64,000 nt of DNA from Chloroflexota bacterium (GCA_021785175.1 JAJYGH010000026.1:67-64066); one strand, 5' to 3'; positions 48,230 through 59,001 are shown, counted from the first letter of the stretch. Notes: generated by a model not told the origin, from the sequence alone. Numbers and translations: made by a program.

Positions 48230-49201
48230 TCAGGCCCAGGCGAGGGCCGAGCGCTCCGCCCAGTAGTCACCGGCCGGTTCGGCGAGAGAGGCGAGATCGT
48301 CCAGGTCCTCGGCCGAGACCGGGGCCTCCAGCGCAGCGACATTGCTCGCCAGCTGGTCCGCCGTGGCGGCTCCGGACAGGACGACGTCCGCCCAGGGCTG
48401 CGCAAGCGCCGCCGCCATCGCGAGCGCATCGAGCGAGGCGTCGTGCCGCGCCGCGACCCGCTGCAGGGCCGCGTGCCCGGGCAGGAGCAGACGCCCGTTG
48501 GCGAGCGCCTCCTTCACGATCACGCCCCACCCAGCGTCATGCGCCTCCGCCAGCGCGGGACCTGCGGACGGCTCGAGCAGGTTCCACGTCGCCTGCACGG
48601 ATCCGAACGGATTCACCCCATCGACGCGGACGCCGAGCGCGGCCCGCACCACGGCGGCCTGATTCGGCCCGCTCACGGTCAGGCCGATCGCGAGTCCCTC
48701 CTCGCACAGCCGCGCGAGCTCCCGCAGGACGTCCGGGTTCTCGAGCACGCCGCTCTCGAACGTGGCCGAGTGGATCTGGTACAGCCGGAGCCACGTGCCG
48801 AGCAGCCGGCGGCTCTCCGCGAGCTGCGACCGGAGCATCTCGAGGCTGTGCTCCTTGACCTCGTGCACCGGCGCGTCCATGCGCCACTCGCCGACGTACC
48901 GGTATCCCCACTTGGACCCGACCGTGACGTGCGGCGCGTCGTCGTTCCGCCCCGTCAGCCACGAGGCGAGGAACTCCTCCGCCCGTCCGTACGAGCGTGC
49001 CACGTCCACGTATCGGAGCCCGAGCGCGACCGCCTCGTCGAGCAGCGCGTGCGTCCGCGCCTCCATCGCGCCGGGGCTCCGGTCCTGCCCGAGGTCACGC
49101 TCGCGGCCGACGTTGATGTAGGCGGGCCGGCCGACCGCCGCAAGACCGAGCCCGATCGGCGTGACGTCGAGCCCGGTCGATCCGAACGGCCGCAGGGTCA
49201 C
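48230..49201 (-). CDS. aldo/keto reductase
   Basis: ORF 48230..49354. AKR motifs (LRPFGSTGLDVTPIGLGL, DVARSYG, IGLTVSGPNQ). Start at GTG 49199..49201. Confidence 0.8.
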   Translation of the reverse strand: MTLRPFGSTGLDVTPIGLGLAAVGRPAYINVGRERDLGQDRSPGAMEARTHALLDEAVALGLRYVDVARSYGRAEEFLASWLTGRNDDAPHVTVGSKWGYRYVGEWRMDAPVHEVKEHSLEMLRSQLAESRRLLGTWLRLYQIHSATFESGVLENPDVLRELARLCEEGLAIGLTVSGPNQAAVVRAALGVRVDGVNPFGSVQATWNLLEPSAGPALAEAHDAGWGVIVKEALANGRLLLPGHAALQRVAARHDASLDALAMAAALAQPWADVVLSGAATADQLASNVAALEAPVSAEDLDDLASLAEPAGDYWAERSALAWA

Positions 49202-49744
49202 AGGCGGCACGCGAGCGCCTCCTCTCGATCCACGTCGTACCGATCCATCCCGGTCACACCCTCCTCCGCCTGCCCGTGTCCCACGCCGATCCCTGCCCGA
49301 GCAGGACAGGCCGCGCGAACAGGTCGGCACGGTGGCGGCCCGTGGCCGCGGCACCGTGGCCGCCCGCGTCGGGATTGCCGCCGGCGCCCGGAACGTCGCG
49401 CGAACCCGTCACTTCGCCGACGCTCCCTCCGGCTTCGGGCGGCTCGGACCGGGCCCGGCGGGCCAGGACTCCGGCACGGCCGACGCGTCGCGTTCGGAGG
49501 CGACGAGGTGCGTCACGGCGTCGATCGGCGCGAACGCGGACTGGGCCACGAACGACCAGCGGGATCGGCCAGCGCTATTCGGCGCTGGTAGCCATCGTAG
49601 CGCCCGTGGTTGCTCTCGTGGTTGCTCTCGTTGACGCGGCGCCACAGCCGGTCGGGCGCACGATCCCGGCGCTCGACGACACGCGCGCCCGCGCGCATCC
49701 GCCGGCTCCCGACCTGTGCCTCGACCTGCGGGTTGCCTGCGCGC

Positions 49745-50758
49745 TCAGGAGCCAGGCGGCTGGCCGGACTCCACGATCGTCGTCGGCGCGTTGTGCACGG
49801 ACGCGATCGCGGGAACGGACCCCAGCCGCCCGGCCCGATAGTCCTCGAAGGCCTGCAGCAGCTCCGCCCGCGTGTTCATCACGAACGGGCCGTACCACGC
49901 CACCGGCTCGCCGATCGGGCGGCCGCCCAGGACGAGCACGTCGAGGCTCGGACTCCGGCTCTCCTGGACCGCGTCGGCCTGGATCGTGACCGCATCGCCC
50001 GCGCCGAAGACCGCGAGCTGGCCCGTTCCGATCGGGCGTCGCTCGGCTCCGACGGCGCCGCGACCGCTCAGGACGTACACGAGCGCGTTGTGGTCCTCGC
50101 GCCACGGCAGCACGAGCCGTGCCGTCGGAGCGAGCGTCGCGTGGATGAACGTCATCGGCGTGTACGTCGACCCGGGGCCGGGGTGGCCGGCGACCTCTCC
50201 GGCGATGACGCGCACGAGCGCGCCGCCGTCGGGCGAGGCGAGCAGCGCGACCTCGCTCGCGCGGAGGTCCTGGTATCGCGGAGCCGCCCATTTCTGCGCG
50301 CGCGGCAGGTTCACCCACAGCTGGATGCCGTGGAACAGGCCGCCGCTGACGACGAGCGATTCCGGCGGCTTCTCGACGTGCAGGATCCCGGCGCCGGCCG
50401 TCATCCACTGCGTGTCGCCGTTCGTGATGACCCCGCCGCCCCCGTTCGAATCCTGGTGCTCGAACGTGCCGTCCATCACGTACGTCACGGTCTCGAACCC
50501 GCGATGCGGGTGCCACGGCGTGCCCTTCGGCTCGCCGGGCGCGTACTCGACCTCCCCCATCTGATCCATGTGGACGAACGGGTCGAGGTCGGCCAGGTCC
50601 GCGCCCATGAACGCGCGACGGACGGGAAACCCCTCGCCCTCGAACCCGCGCGGGGCCGTGGTCACCTGTCGCACCGGCCGCTGGCGCGCGGCGAGCGGAT
50701 CGGGCTCCGGGATGCGGGGCAGGACGGTGATGTCGGGGACACTGACGGCAGGCATGTG
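49745..50758 (-). CDS. pirin family protein (bicupin)
   Basis: ORF 49745..50929. HPHRGFETVTYVMDG, and the second cupin. Start at ATG 50758 (MPAVSV). Confidence 0.8.
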   Translation of the reverse strand, partial: HMPAVSVPDITVLPRIPEPDPLAARQRPVRQVTTAPRGFEGEGFPVRRAFMGADLADLDPFVHMDQMGEVEYAPGEPKGTPWHPHRGFETVTYVMDGTFEHQDSNGGGGVITNGDTQWMTAGAGILHVEKPPESLVVSGGLFHGIQLWVNLPRAQKWAAPRYQDLRASEVALLASPDGGALVRVIAGEVAGHPGPGSTYTPMTFIHATLAPTARLVLPWREDHNALVYVLSGRGAVGAERRPIGTGQLAVFGAGDAVTIQADAVQESRSPSLDVLVLGGRPIGEPVAWYGPFVMNTRAELLQAFEDYRAGRLGSVPAIASVHNAPTTIVESGQPPGS

Positions 50759-50807
50759 CTTCTCGCTCAGGGCGACCGGCGGGCGGTCGCGGGTTCGGGG
50801 CGGGTGA

Positions 50808-51374
50808 TCATCTCGCGCCCCGGCCGTCGGCACGCCCCGGAGGCGGCTCGGCTGCCTTCGAGAGTCGCTCGAGCAGCGCCCGCAGCCGCGCGATCGACGC
50901 GGGATCGAGCCGCTTCCCGACTTCCTCATCGAGCACGGCGGCGTGGTGGGCGAGTGCGGCGGGCACGGCTTCCAGGCCGGCGGGCGTCAGCTCGGCGTAG
51001 GTGCCGCGCCGGTCCTGCGGGCACGTGACGCGCGCGACCAGGCCGGCGGCGACGAGATCGTCGACGCGGCGGGTCAGGCCGCTCGGCGTGAGGCCTGCCC
51101 GGTCCGCGAGTTCGCGCAGGCGCAGCCGGTGCTGCGGCGCCTCCGCCAGGGGCAGCAGGACGCCGAGCGCGTCGGGACCCACGACGGCGCAGCCGGACGA
51201 GCCCCGTTCGAGGGACCGATCCAGCGCGGCGTGGGCGGCGACCAGCGCCGACCAGAGCCGGACGCTCGGCGACACGCACGCGTCGTGGTGGACCGCGGGC
51301 CGGCTCCCGGCGGATGCCGGGCGGAGCGTTCCCGACGCGGCGCGCGTGCCAATTCGCATGGGGGATTGGCTCAT
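50808..51374 (-). CDS. MarR family transcriptional regulator
   Basis: 188 aa. wHTH (LRELADRAGLTPSGLTRRVDDLVAAGLVARV). Overlaps the upstream FMN reductase stop as ATGA. Confidence 0.7.
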   Translation of the reverse strand: MSQSPMRIGTRAASGTLRPASAGSRPAVHHDACVSPSVRLWSALVAAHAALDRSLERGSSGCAVVGPDALGVLLPLAEAPQHRLRLRELADRAGLTPSGLTRRVDDLVAAGLVARVTCPQDRRGTYAELTPAGLEAVPAALAHHAAVLDEEVGKRLDPASIARLRALLERLSKAAEPPPGRADGRGAR

Positions 51375-52051
51375 GCGGCCGCCGACTGCTCCTGGGTCAC
51401 CCGGCGCACACTGTCCGCGAACGAGCCGACGACGTCGGCCAGGTCGGTCAGCAGGGCGGCATCGGGCGACCCCCCGTCGGGCGACCCCCCGTCGTCGCCG
51501 AGCCGTTCCGCCGCGTTCGCGACGCCGAGCCGCCGCTCGAACGGCACCGCGCCCGCGAATGCGAGCACGGCTGCGGCGTGGTCGAGCGCATGGCGCACGC
51601 CGCCCGTGCCCGGCGTGGCGCCCAGGAGCAGGACCGGCTTCCCGGCAATCGCCGCGGACGAGCGCGGGCGCGATGCCCAGTCGATCGCGTTCTTCACGAC
51701 GGCAGGCAGGCTGCGGTTGTACTCGGGCGTGACGACGAGGAGGGCGTCGGCGGACGAAACGGCGTCGCGGAAGGCGCGTACCTCCGCCGACGCGTCGGCC
51801 GCCTCGAGGTCCGCGTCATAGAACGGGAGCCGCTCGATCGCGACCGGTTCGACGATCGCGTCGTCGGGAAGGACCCGGACGACGGCGCGCAGCAGGGCGC
51901 GGTTCAGCGATGCCCGGCGCGCGCTGCCGAGGAGCGCCGCGATCCGCAGCGGCCGCCGATCGGGATCCGGGATCCGCGTGGACGGGACGAAGGGGAAGGC
52001 CGGCCCGAGCCGGCCGACGCCGGTCGTGGTGGTGAAGGCGTTGTCATTCAT
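51371..52051 (-). CDS. NADPH-dependent FMN reductase family oxidoreductase
   Basis: 226 aa. LVVTPEYNRSLPAVVKNAIDWASRP. Contains a DGGSPDGGSP direct repeat near the C-terminus. Confidence 0.8.
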   Translation of the reverse strand: MNDNAFTTTTGVGRLGPAFPFVPSTRIPDPDRRPLRIAALLGSARRASLNRALLRAVVRVLPDDAIVEPVAIERLPFYDADLEAADASAEVRAFRDAVSSADALLVVTPEYNRSLPAVVKNAIDWASRPRSSAAIAGKPVLLLGATPGTGGVRHALDHAAAVLAFAGAVPFERRLGVANAAERLGDDGGSPDGGSPDAALLTDLADVVGSFADSVRRVTQEQSAAA

Positions 52052-52213
52052 TGCTGCTGCAATTATTGTCCACGCAACTAGATCTCGTCAAGGGCTTCGA
52101 GGCGGCGCCAAAGAACGGCAGCCGGCACACGGAGTAGGGTTCGAGGCGCGGCGAATCCGATCGACGACTGGGCGGCGGGCGAGCGACGGGGCGCCGCGAA
52201 CAGGGGGCAGGCG

Positions 52214-53107
52214 ATGGCGACACCGCAGACAGGGATCTTCGCGCTCGGAACCATGTCGCACGGCTGGCTGGAGCTGGACGCCCGGCCCGACGTGGACCCG
52301 CGGGCGCTCGTCGGCCTCGTCGCCGGCCTCCGCGAGCCGCGCACGACGATCGGCGGCGTGAACCTCGTCGCGGGCTTCCGGCCCGAACTGTGGGCCGCCG
52401 TCGCTCCCGGCGACTCCCCTCCCGGCCTGCGAGGCTTCGACGCTCCCGTTGCCGGCCCGGACGGCTACACGCTCCCGGCGACGCAGCACGACGTCGTGGT
52501 GTGGATCGCCGGCGGCGCCTATGACGTCGTCTTCGACGCGTCCCGCGGGGTCGTGTCGACCGCAGCCCCGCTCGCGACGCTGGCGCACGAGATGGTCGGC
52601 TGGCCGTACCACCGCGACCTCGACCTGACGGGGTTCGTCGACGGGACGGAGAACCCGACGATTGTGAGCGCAACGTCCGAGGCGGTGATCGCCGAGGGAT
52701 CCGGCGCCGGCGGCAGCGTGCTGCTGCTCCAGCAGTGGGAGCACGACGCGATGGCGTGGGAGCGACTACCGATCGCGGAGCAGGGCCTCGTGATGGGCCG
52801 CTCGCGCATCAACGGGGCCGAACTCGATCCGCTGCCCGCGACTTCGCACGTGGCGAGGACGAACCAGGACACGTTCGGGAAGATCTTCCGGCGGAACATC
52901 CCGTGGGGGCGCCTGACCAGGCACGGCACGATCTTCGTGGGGTTCAGCCGCGACAGGGAGCGGCTCGACGCGATGCTCGGCAGCATGGTCGGGCGCGATG
53001 GCGAGCGGGATGCCCTGACCCGGTATGCCCGGGCGATCGGCGGCGCCTATTACTTCGTGCCGTCGAGCGAGGCGCTCGGGGCGTTTGCGGGCGGTGCAGG
53101 CGACTGA
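52214..53107 (+). CDS. Dyp-type (dye-decolorizing) peroxidase
   Basis: 297 aa. DyP motifs (TGFVDGTENP, RRNIPWG, GTIFVGFSRD). Confidence 0.8.
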   Translation: MATPQTGIFALGTMSHGWLELDARPDVDPRALVGLVAGLREPRTTIGGVNLVAGFRPELWAAVAPGDSPPGLRGFDAPVAGPDGYTLPATQHDVVVWIAGGAYDVVFDASRGVVSTAAPLATLAHEMVGWPYHRDLDLTGFVDGTENPTIVSATSEAVIAEGSGAGGSVLLLQQWEHDAMAWERLPIAEQGLVMGRSRINGAELDPLPATSHVARTNQDTFGKIFRRNIPWGRLTRHGTIFVGFSRDRERLDAMLGSMVGRDGERDALTRYARAIGGAYYFVPSSEALGAFAGGAGD

Positions 53108-53459
53108 CCCGATCGGCGACCGGTCAGCGCGTGCCGGGGGCGACCTCGACCGGCGGAGGCTCGGCCGCCCGCACCTCGTCCGGGCCCGGACGGACTGGGG
53201 CCGCGCCCGGCGACGAGACCGGCAAGGAGCACGCCGGGAACCTGGCGGATCGCCGTCTTGTGCAGGTAGACGCCGTCGTCGTGGAACTCGCGGCGCGTCG
53301 CGATGACGGCCTCGAGTCGCTCGACCGTCGCCGGCAGAGATCAGGCCGCGGTTGTCGCCGGAGCGGCAGAGACAGCCGAGAGCACGGGTGGCGCGCGAAA
53401 CGCAGGCGGTGCCGATCGGCCTGATGTGCCGCTGACATCGCGCTTGCTATCGTCGCGCC

Positions 53460-54383
53460 ATGGGATCCCTCGCGGCCATCGCGCGCCGCTTCCTGCACGA
53501 GTTCCAGCGCGACGACGCGCCGGGCTTGTCCGCGGAGCTCGCGTACCGGTTCCTGTTCGCGATCTTCCCGTTCGTGATCTTCCTCGCGGCGCTGACCGGC
53601 TTCGTCGCGCAGTGGGCCGGCATGCAGAACCCCACCACTCAGCTGCTCAACGCGGCGGGGCCGAACGTCCCGGGCGGCCTGGATCAGGTGATCCGCCCGC
53701 AGCTCGAGGCCGTCCTGAACAACCGGCACCCGGAACTGCTCTCCGTCGGGGCGATCGGCGCGCTCTGGGCCGCGACGGGCGGGACGCAGGCGGTCATGAA
53801 GGCGATGAATCGGGCGTTCGAGGTCCAGGAGACGCGCTCCTTCATCGGCAAGTACCTGATGGCGATCGGGTTGACGCTGCTGGGCAGCGCCGGGCTCATC
53901 GTGGCCGTGGTCGGGATCGTCGGCGCGTCGCTCCTGACCGAGCACACCGCATCCTCGGCCGGGCTCGGCACGGACGCCTACCGGACCATCGCGATCTTGC
54001 GCTGGCCGGTCGTGTTCGTGCTGCCCGCCGCCGCCGTCGGCGTGGTGTACAGGCTCGCACCCAACGTGCGCATTCCCTGGCGCTGGTGCCTCCTCGGCGG
54101 CGGCCTCTTCGCGGTGCTGTGGCTCGTCGTGACGGCGCTGTTCGCGTCATACGTCTCGAACTTCAGTCACTACGGCAACACCTACGGGGCGCTCGGAGGC
54201 GTCATCGTGCTGATGCTGTGGTTCTACCTGTCGGCGCTGGTCCTGATCGTCACGGCCGAACTGGTCGCGGTCATCCTCAAGGAAGTCCGGCCGGAGCACG
54301 TCGAGGAGGCGAGAAGGGCGACGGGCGCGCCACCCGCGTCGGCGTCGGTCGGCCGGGAAACCCGACTTGACAGGTTCCGGTGA
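53460..54383 (+). CDS. YihY/BrkB (ribonuclease BN-like) family membrane protein
   Basis: 307 aa. LAYRFLFAIFPFVIFLAALTGF, 6 TM. Confidence 0.8.
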   Translation: MGSLAAIARRFLHEFQRDDAPGLSAELAYRFLFAIFPFVIFLAALTGFVAQWAGMQNPTTQLLNAAGPNVPGGLDQVIRPQLEAVLNNRHPELLSVGAIGALWAATGGTQAVMKAMNRAFEVQETRSFIGKYLMAIGLTLLGSAGLIVAVVGIVGASLLTEHTASSAGLGTDAYRTIAILRWPVVFVLPAAAVGVVYRLAPNVRIPWRWCLLGGGLFAVLWLVVTALFASYVSNFSHYGNTYGALGGVIVLMLWFYLSALVLIVTAELVAVILKEVRPEHVEEARRATGAPPASASVGRETRLDRFR

Positions 54384-54580
54384 CGCCGGAACCTGGCTGG
54401 CCGTCGGTTCGGTAGACTGTGCCGGACACCGGACCCTCGGGAGAGCGAAGCAGCCTCGAGTGCGCTCGGCCGACCAAACACGCAAGACGCACAAGCCGAG
54501 GCCCGAACGCCAGCGCCAGTGCGCTCGTTGGTTCTACGGGACGCAGGCGTGACGAGATGGGACCGAGCCACGGAGGAGTC

Positions 54581-55441
54581 ATGTCGCGCATCAACGATGC
54601 CGTGGACTGGTCTGTCGACCTGGGGGCCGGTACTCGAGCGGCTTTGATCCAGGCAGGCACGTTCAAGACGGACGTCGGCGCTGCCCTCGGCCCGATTGCC
54701 CGGCCGGTCTGGCTCCCCGCGGTGAACGAGGAGATCGACAGCGACAACCGGATGCGCCAGGCGCTCAATTGCCTGCTGGTCGAGACTCCAGGAGGCCGTG
54801 TCCTCGTCGAGACCGGTATCGGCGAACGCATGTCGTCGGACGTCCGGGCGAAGCGCGCCGTCAGCGGCGAGCCGATCCTGCCTTCCCTGCGAAAAGCGGG
54901 ATTCGAGCCTGATTCGGTGGACTTCGTCGTGCTGTCCCACCTGCACTTCGACCATGCGGGCGGCTTGCTCGCGAGCGACGGCACGCGAGCCTTTCCCAAC
55001 GCCCCGATCATCGCGCAGCGGGCAGAGTGGGAGATGGCACTCTCGAACCATCCCAGGGCGTCCGCGAGCTACGATCAGCCGGACCTGCGGTTGGTCCGGA
55101 CGCTGTGGCCGGACGAAGCGGTCGATGGGGAACGTGAACTCTTGCCGGGCGTCAGCGTGGTGCCGACGGGTGGACACTCCGCAGGGCACCAGGCCGTGCT
55201 GGTGAGAGGCCGCACGACAACCGTGGCCTTCTTCGGGGATCTCGCAATGCGCCCGTGGAGCGTCTCGCCGACGTGGACGACGAGCTTCGACGACTTCCCA
55301 CTCGATTCCGTGGAAGCCAAGCTCCGCCTGTTCGGCCAGGCAGCGGACGAGAACTGGACCGTCGTGCTGTCGCATGAGAGAACGCGCCCGATCGGCCTCA
55401 TAATGCGGTCCGGTCGCGACTTCGTCTTCGAGCCACGCTGA
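54581..55441 (+). CDS. MBL-fold metallo-hydrolase
   Basis: ORF 54419..55441. HLHFDHAGG motif, and TGGHSAGHQAV. Start at ATG 54581 or 54557. Confidence 0.7.
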   Translation: MSRINDAVDWSVDLGAGTRAALIQAGTFKTDVGAALGPIARPVWLPAVNEEIDSDNRMRQALNCLLVETPGGRVLVETGIGERMSSDVRAKRAVSGEPILPSLRKAGFEPDSVDFVVLSHLHFDHAGGLLASDGTRAFPNAPIIAQRAEWEMALSNHPRASASYDQPDLRLVRTLWPDEAVDGERELLPGVSVVPTGGHSAGHQAVLVRGRTTTVAFFGDLAMRPWSVSPTWTTSFDDFPLDSVEAKLRLFGQAADENWTVVLSHERTRPIGLIMRSGRDFVFEPR

Positions 55442-55575
55442 TGCGGCCGCGCCCCGGTCGCGAGCGCACTCGGCCCACCCACGCTCGCACTGAAGCCTAC
55501 CGCGAGAGCCACTCCTTCCCGGCCCCGGGTCCCGCCCAGATCCTCAGCGGCCAGCGCCACCCGACTCGCCACCGC

Positions 55576-56793
55576 TCAGCCGGCTGAAACAGCCATCGCC
55601 GATCCCGCGAGGAGTTTCATCGCCTCACGCGCGATGACCAGTTCCTCGTTCGCCGCGATCACTGCCACGGTGACAGGCGAGGAGGGCGTGGAGATCACAC
55701 CCTCCGATCCCACGGCCTCGTTGCGTTCCGAGTCGATGTCCACACCGAGACAGCCGAGCCCCGCGCAGATCCGCGCGCGCAATGCCACGCCGTTCTCGCC
55801 AATGCCTCCGGTCAAAGCCAGCACATCGAGCCCGCCGAGTGCCACGAAGTAGGCGCCGACGTACTTCTGGATCTCGTACACGAACACGTCGAGGGCGAGC
55901 GCGGCGCGGCCGTCTCCCTGCGCGGCGGCGCGCTCAAGGTCGCGCACGTCGCCGCCCATGCCCGAGATCCCGCTCAGGCCGCCTTCGCTCGCGAGGATAT
56001 GCCCGAGCTGTTCGGGATCGAGTTGCTCCTTCTGCATGAGGTACAGCGGCACGAAGGGGTCAAGGTCGCCGCTTCGGGTTGCATGTGGCAAGCCCGACTG
56101 CGTCGAGAAGCCCATGCTCGTGTCGCGTGATTCACCCGCCTCGAGGGCGCAGACGCTCGAGCTTCCGCCGAGGTGGCACGAGATGATCCGGAGGCGGTCA
56201 TCCGCGCGACCGAGGAGTTGCGGCACCCGCGATGCCACGTAACGGTGCGACGCACCGTGGAATCCGTACCGTCGGATCCGGTACTTCTCGCTCCAGCGCC
56301 ATGGAATTGCGTAAGTCCGGGCGTGGTCAGGGATCGTGCGGTGAAACGCCGGCTCGAACACGCCGATCAACGGGACGTTCGGGGCAAGGTTGCCAAAGAC
56401 GCGCACCGCTTCCATGTATGGCGGATTGTGCATGGGGGCCAACGGGATGTACTCCGCCATCGCCGCGAGGACCCCATCGTCGAAGAAGACCGTGTCGGCG
56501 ATTCCCTCGGCATGGACGGCCTTGAAGGCGACGCACGCGAGATCACTGACCGAGGACAGAACGGGATCCGCCGACTGCGTGAGGATGTTGAGTGCCAGTG
56601 CGATCGCCGCCTGCTGGTCCGGGCAGCTGCGTTCCTCGCGTCGATGAGGGGACTCCCCGACGGTCCAGGACACCGGAGAGAGCGCGTCCCCAACGCGTTC
56701 GATCCTCCCGGAGGCGAGCACGATCTCGGCGGGCATCTCAAACAGCCGGAACTTGAGAGACGTCGAGCCGACATTGATGGCCAGGATCTTCAC
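55576..56793 (-). CDS. acetate/propionate/butyrate kinase family protein
   Basis: 405 aa. MKILAINVGSTSLKFRLF, GFHGASHRYV, LGGLDVLALTGGIGEN. Confidence 0.85.
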   Translation of the reverse strand: MKILAINVGSTSLKFRLFEMPAEIVLASGRIERVGDALSPVSWTVGESPHRREERSCPDQQAAIALALNILTQSADPVLSSVSDLACVAFKAVHAEGIADTVFFDDGVLAAMAEYIPLAPMHNPPYMEAVRVFGNLAPNVPLIGVFEPAFHRTIPDHARTYAIPWRWSEKYRIRRYGFHGASHRYVASRVPQLLGRADDRLRIISCHLGGSSSVCALEAGESRDTSMGFSTQSGLPHATRSGDLDPFVPLYLMQKEQLDPEQLGHILASEGGLSGISGMGGDVRDLERAAAQGDGRAALALDVFVYEIQKYVGAYFVALGGLDVLALTGGIGENGVALRARICAGLGCLGVDIDSERNEAVGSEGVISTPSSPVTVAVIAANEELVIAREAMKLLAGSAMAVSAG

Positions 56794-56839
56794 ATCGCCC
56801 TCCTGCCCCCGTCCCGGACAGATACCCTCCGAGGCCGTG

Positions 56840-57787
56840 CTATGCGGCCGCCCCGTCGGAGCGCCCCGTCGCCGCTACCAGCTTTGCGATCGCGATCGAA
56901 CGGAGCTTGGTCTGCGGCGATTCGGCGCGCGAGAGAAGCACGATGGGCACGCCCGCGCCCACGACAACCCCCGCCGACTCTCCGTGGGCGAAGTAGAGGA
57001 TCGAGCGGTACATGATGTTGGCGGCCTCGATGCTCGGCGCGATGAGGATGTCAGCCCCGCCGATCACGGGGCTCTCCAGACGTTTCTTGTGCGCCGCGTC
57101 GGGGCTGAGCACCGCGTCGAGGGCCAGAGGGCCCTCGAGGTACGCGCCATCGATCTGGCCGCGACGGTTCATCTGCGTGAGAGCCGCCGCGTCGATGGTT
57201 GCCGGCATGCCCGAGTTGACGAACTCGAGGGCACACAGGACGGCGACGTTGGGCACCTCGACGCCGAGACAGTGAGCCACATCGATGGCGTTGCGACAGA
57301 TGTCCGCCTTCTGGTCGAGCGTCGGAGCGATGTTGATCGCCGCGTCACTGAGCAGCATCAGGCGGTCAAGCCCGGGAACCTGGAAGACGACCACCTGACT
57401 AAGCAGTCGCCGACCGCGAAGGCCCGTCTCCCTGTCAAGCACGGCATGCACGAGGGTCGCCGTCGCAATCTTGCCCTTCATGATCAGGTCGACTTCGCCG
57501 CCTCGAACCATGGCAATCGCCCGGCGAGCGGCCGCAACGTCGTCCGGGACGTCGACAACCTGTTCCGGTGAGACGCGACACCCGACACCTGCAGCGGAGG
57601 CAAGAATCCGGTTTCGGTCGCCGATGAGGATGCCCGTAGCGAGGCCTATCCTCGAAGCCTCGTCGATCGCACAGAGCGCGTCGGGGTCATGACCGGCGAC
57701 GACAGCTATGCGCGCAGGGGACAACTGGCGAGCGGCCGACACAACGTCATCGAGCGTGCGCAGCACTGCGAGCCTCCATGCACCCAC
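56840..57787 (-). CDS. phosphate acetyl/butyryl transferase (Pta/Ptb family)
   Basis: C-terminal ~316 aa of ORF 56840..58708. Motifs (RIAVVAGHDPDALCAIDEA, DLIMKGKIATATL, SDAAINIAPTL, ADILIAPSIEAAN). Start at GTG 57785..57787 or 57764..57766. Confidence 0.8.
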   Translation of the reverse strand: MGAWRLAVLRTLDDVVSAARQLSPARIAVVAGHDPDALCAIDEASRIGLATGILIGDRNRILASAAGVGCRVSPEQVVDVPDDVAAARRAIAMVRGGEVDLIMKGKIATATLVHAVLDRETGLRGRRLLSQVVVFQVPGLDRLMLLSDAAINIAPTLDQKADICRNAIDVAHCLGVEVPNVAVLCALEFVNSGMPATIDAAALTQMNRRGQIDGAYLEGPLALDAVLSPDAAHKKRLESPVIGGADILIAPSIEAANIMYRSILYFAHGESAGVVVGAGVPIVLLSRAESPQTKLRSIAIAKLVAATGRSDGAAA

Positions 57788-57834
57788 TGGATAGGCTCGA
57801 CGCGCGCTGGCGGCGCGCGTCGAGCAGTCTGGTT

Positions 57835-59001
57835 CTAGTCGCGCTCGAGAAGCACCGCCATGCCCTGCCCGCTTCCGACGCACATCGTGGCGATGCCGTG
57901 GCGAACACCGCGGAGGGCCATCTCGTACGCCAGCTTGGTCACAAGGACGAGGCCTGTCGCGCCTACCGGATGCCCGAGCGCGATGGCACCTCCATTGACG
58001 TTCACGATGGCCGGATCCAGATCCAGTTCCTTGATGACGGCGACCGTCGACGACGCGAACGCCTCGTTGATCTCTATCAAGCCGATGTCCTGCAGACTGA
58101 GGCCGACGCGGCCAAGCAGCTTGCGTACTGCGGGCACGGGTCCGATGCCGAACATCCCCGGCTCCACGCCCGCCGCCGACCATCCACGCAGATAGGCCGC
58201 AGCGGGCGCGCCTGATTCCTTCGCCCGCTTTTCGGACATGATGACCGCCGCGGCGGCGCCGTCGTTGATCCCGGAGGAGTTGCCGGCGGTCACCGTGCCG
58301 TCCGCCTTGAAGGCCGGTCGGAGCCGTGCGAGCTTCTCGATCGTGGAGTCGGCCCTGGGGTGCTCGTCGACCTCGAATGGCACAGGGCCCGCCTTCGAGG
58401 GAACGTCGATGGCGACGATCTGCTCCTTGAACCGGCCGGCCTCGATGGCCGCCACTGCCTTGCTCTGGCTCGCCGCGGCGAACTCGTCCTGCTCTTCGCG
58501 ACCGATACCGTATCGCCCGGCGACCGCCTCCGCCATGGGGCCGGCGTCGCCCAGGATGTAGTCGGCGAGATAGTCGATCAGGATGCCATTGCCCAGCCGG
58601 TAGCCGAAGCGCGCGCCCTCCAGCAGGTACGGCGCGTTGGTCATGCTCTCCATTCCGACGGCGACGCCGACCTCGACATCTCCCATCAGGATGTCCTGCG
58701 CAAGACACGTCATCGCCCGGAGACCCGACGAGCAGTTCATGTTGATGCTGTAGTCGTCGGAGGTCACGGGAATCCCGGCACGCAACAACACGTGTCGCGC
58801 GGGATTCCCGCCCTTGGTGACCTGCAGGTTCTCTCCGGCCACCACGCGCTCGATCTGCGCAAGTTCCAGCCCCGATCGCCGGACGGTCTCGCGCACGACA
58901 TGCGCGCCGAGGTCCAGGGCTGGTACATCCTTGAGCGACCCACCGAAACGGCCGATCGCGGTCCGCACAGGGGCGATAATGGCCAGGCGTTCGTCAAACA
59001 T
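57835..59001 (-). CDS. acetyl-CoA C-acetyltransferase (thiolase II)
   Basis: ORF 57835..59004. Active-site Cys INMNCSSGLRAM, NEAFASS, C-terminal GHPVGATG...MCVGSGQG. Confidence 0.9.
   Translation of the reverse strand: MFDERLAIIAPVRTAIGRFGGSLKDVPALDLGAHVVRETVRRSGLELAQIERVVAGENLQVTKGGNPARHVLLRAGIPVTSDDYSINMNCSSGLRAMTCLAQDILMGDVEVGVAVGMESMTNAPYLLEGARFGYRLGNGILIDYLADYILGDAGPMAEAVAGRYGIGREEQDEFAAASQSKAVAAIEAGRFKEQIVAIDVPSKAGPVPFEVDEHPRADSTIEKLARLRPAFKADGTVTAGNSSGINDGAAAAVIMSEKRAKESGAPAAAYLRGWSAAGVEPGMFGIGPVPAVRKLLGRVGLSLQDIGLIEINEAFASSTVAVIKELDLDPAIVNVNGGAIALGHPVGATGLVLVTKLAYEMALRGVRHGIATMCVGSGQGMAVLLERD

Noticed and set aside
53050-53330. Minus-strand protein-like fragment (TVERLEAVIATRREFHDDGVYLHK...) in the DyP/YihY spacer
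   Set aside because: An in-frame TGA lies immediately upstream and there is no plausible start codon before the frame enters the DyP gene in antisense. Possibly a decayed gene remnant, but it is not callable.
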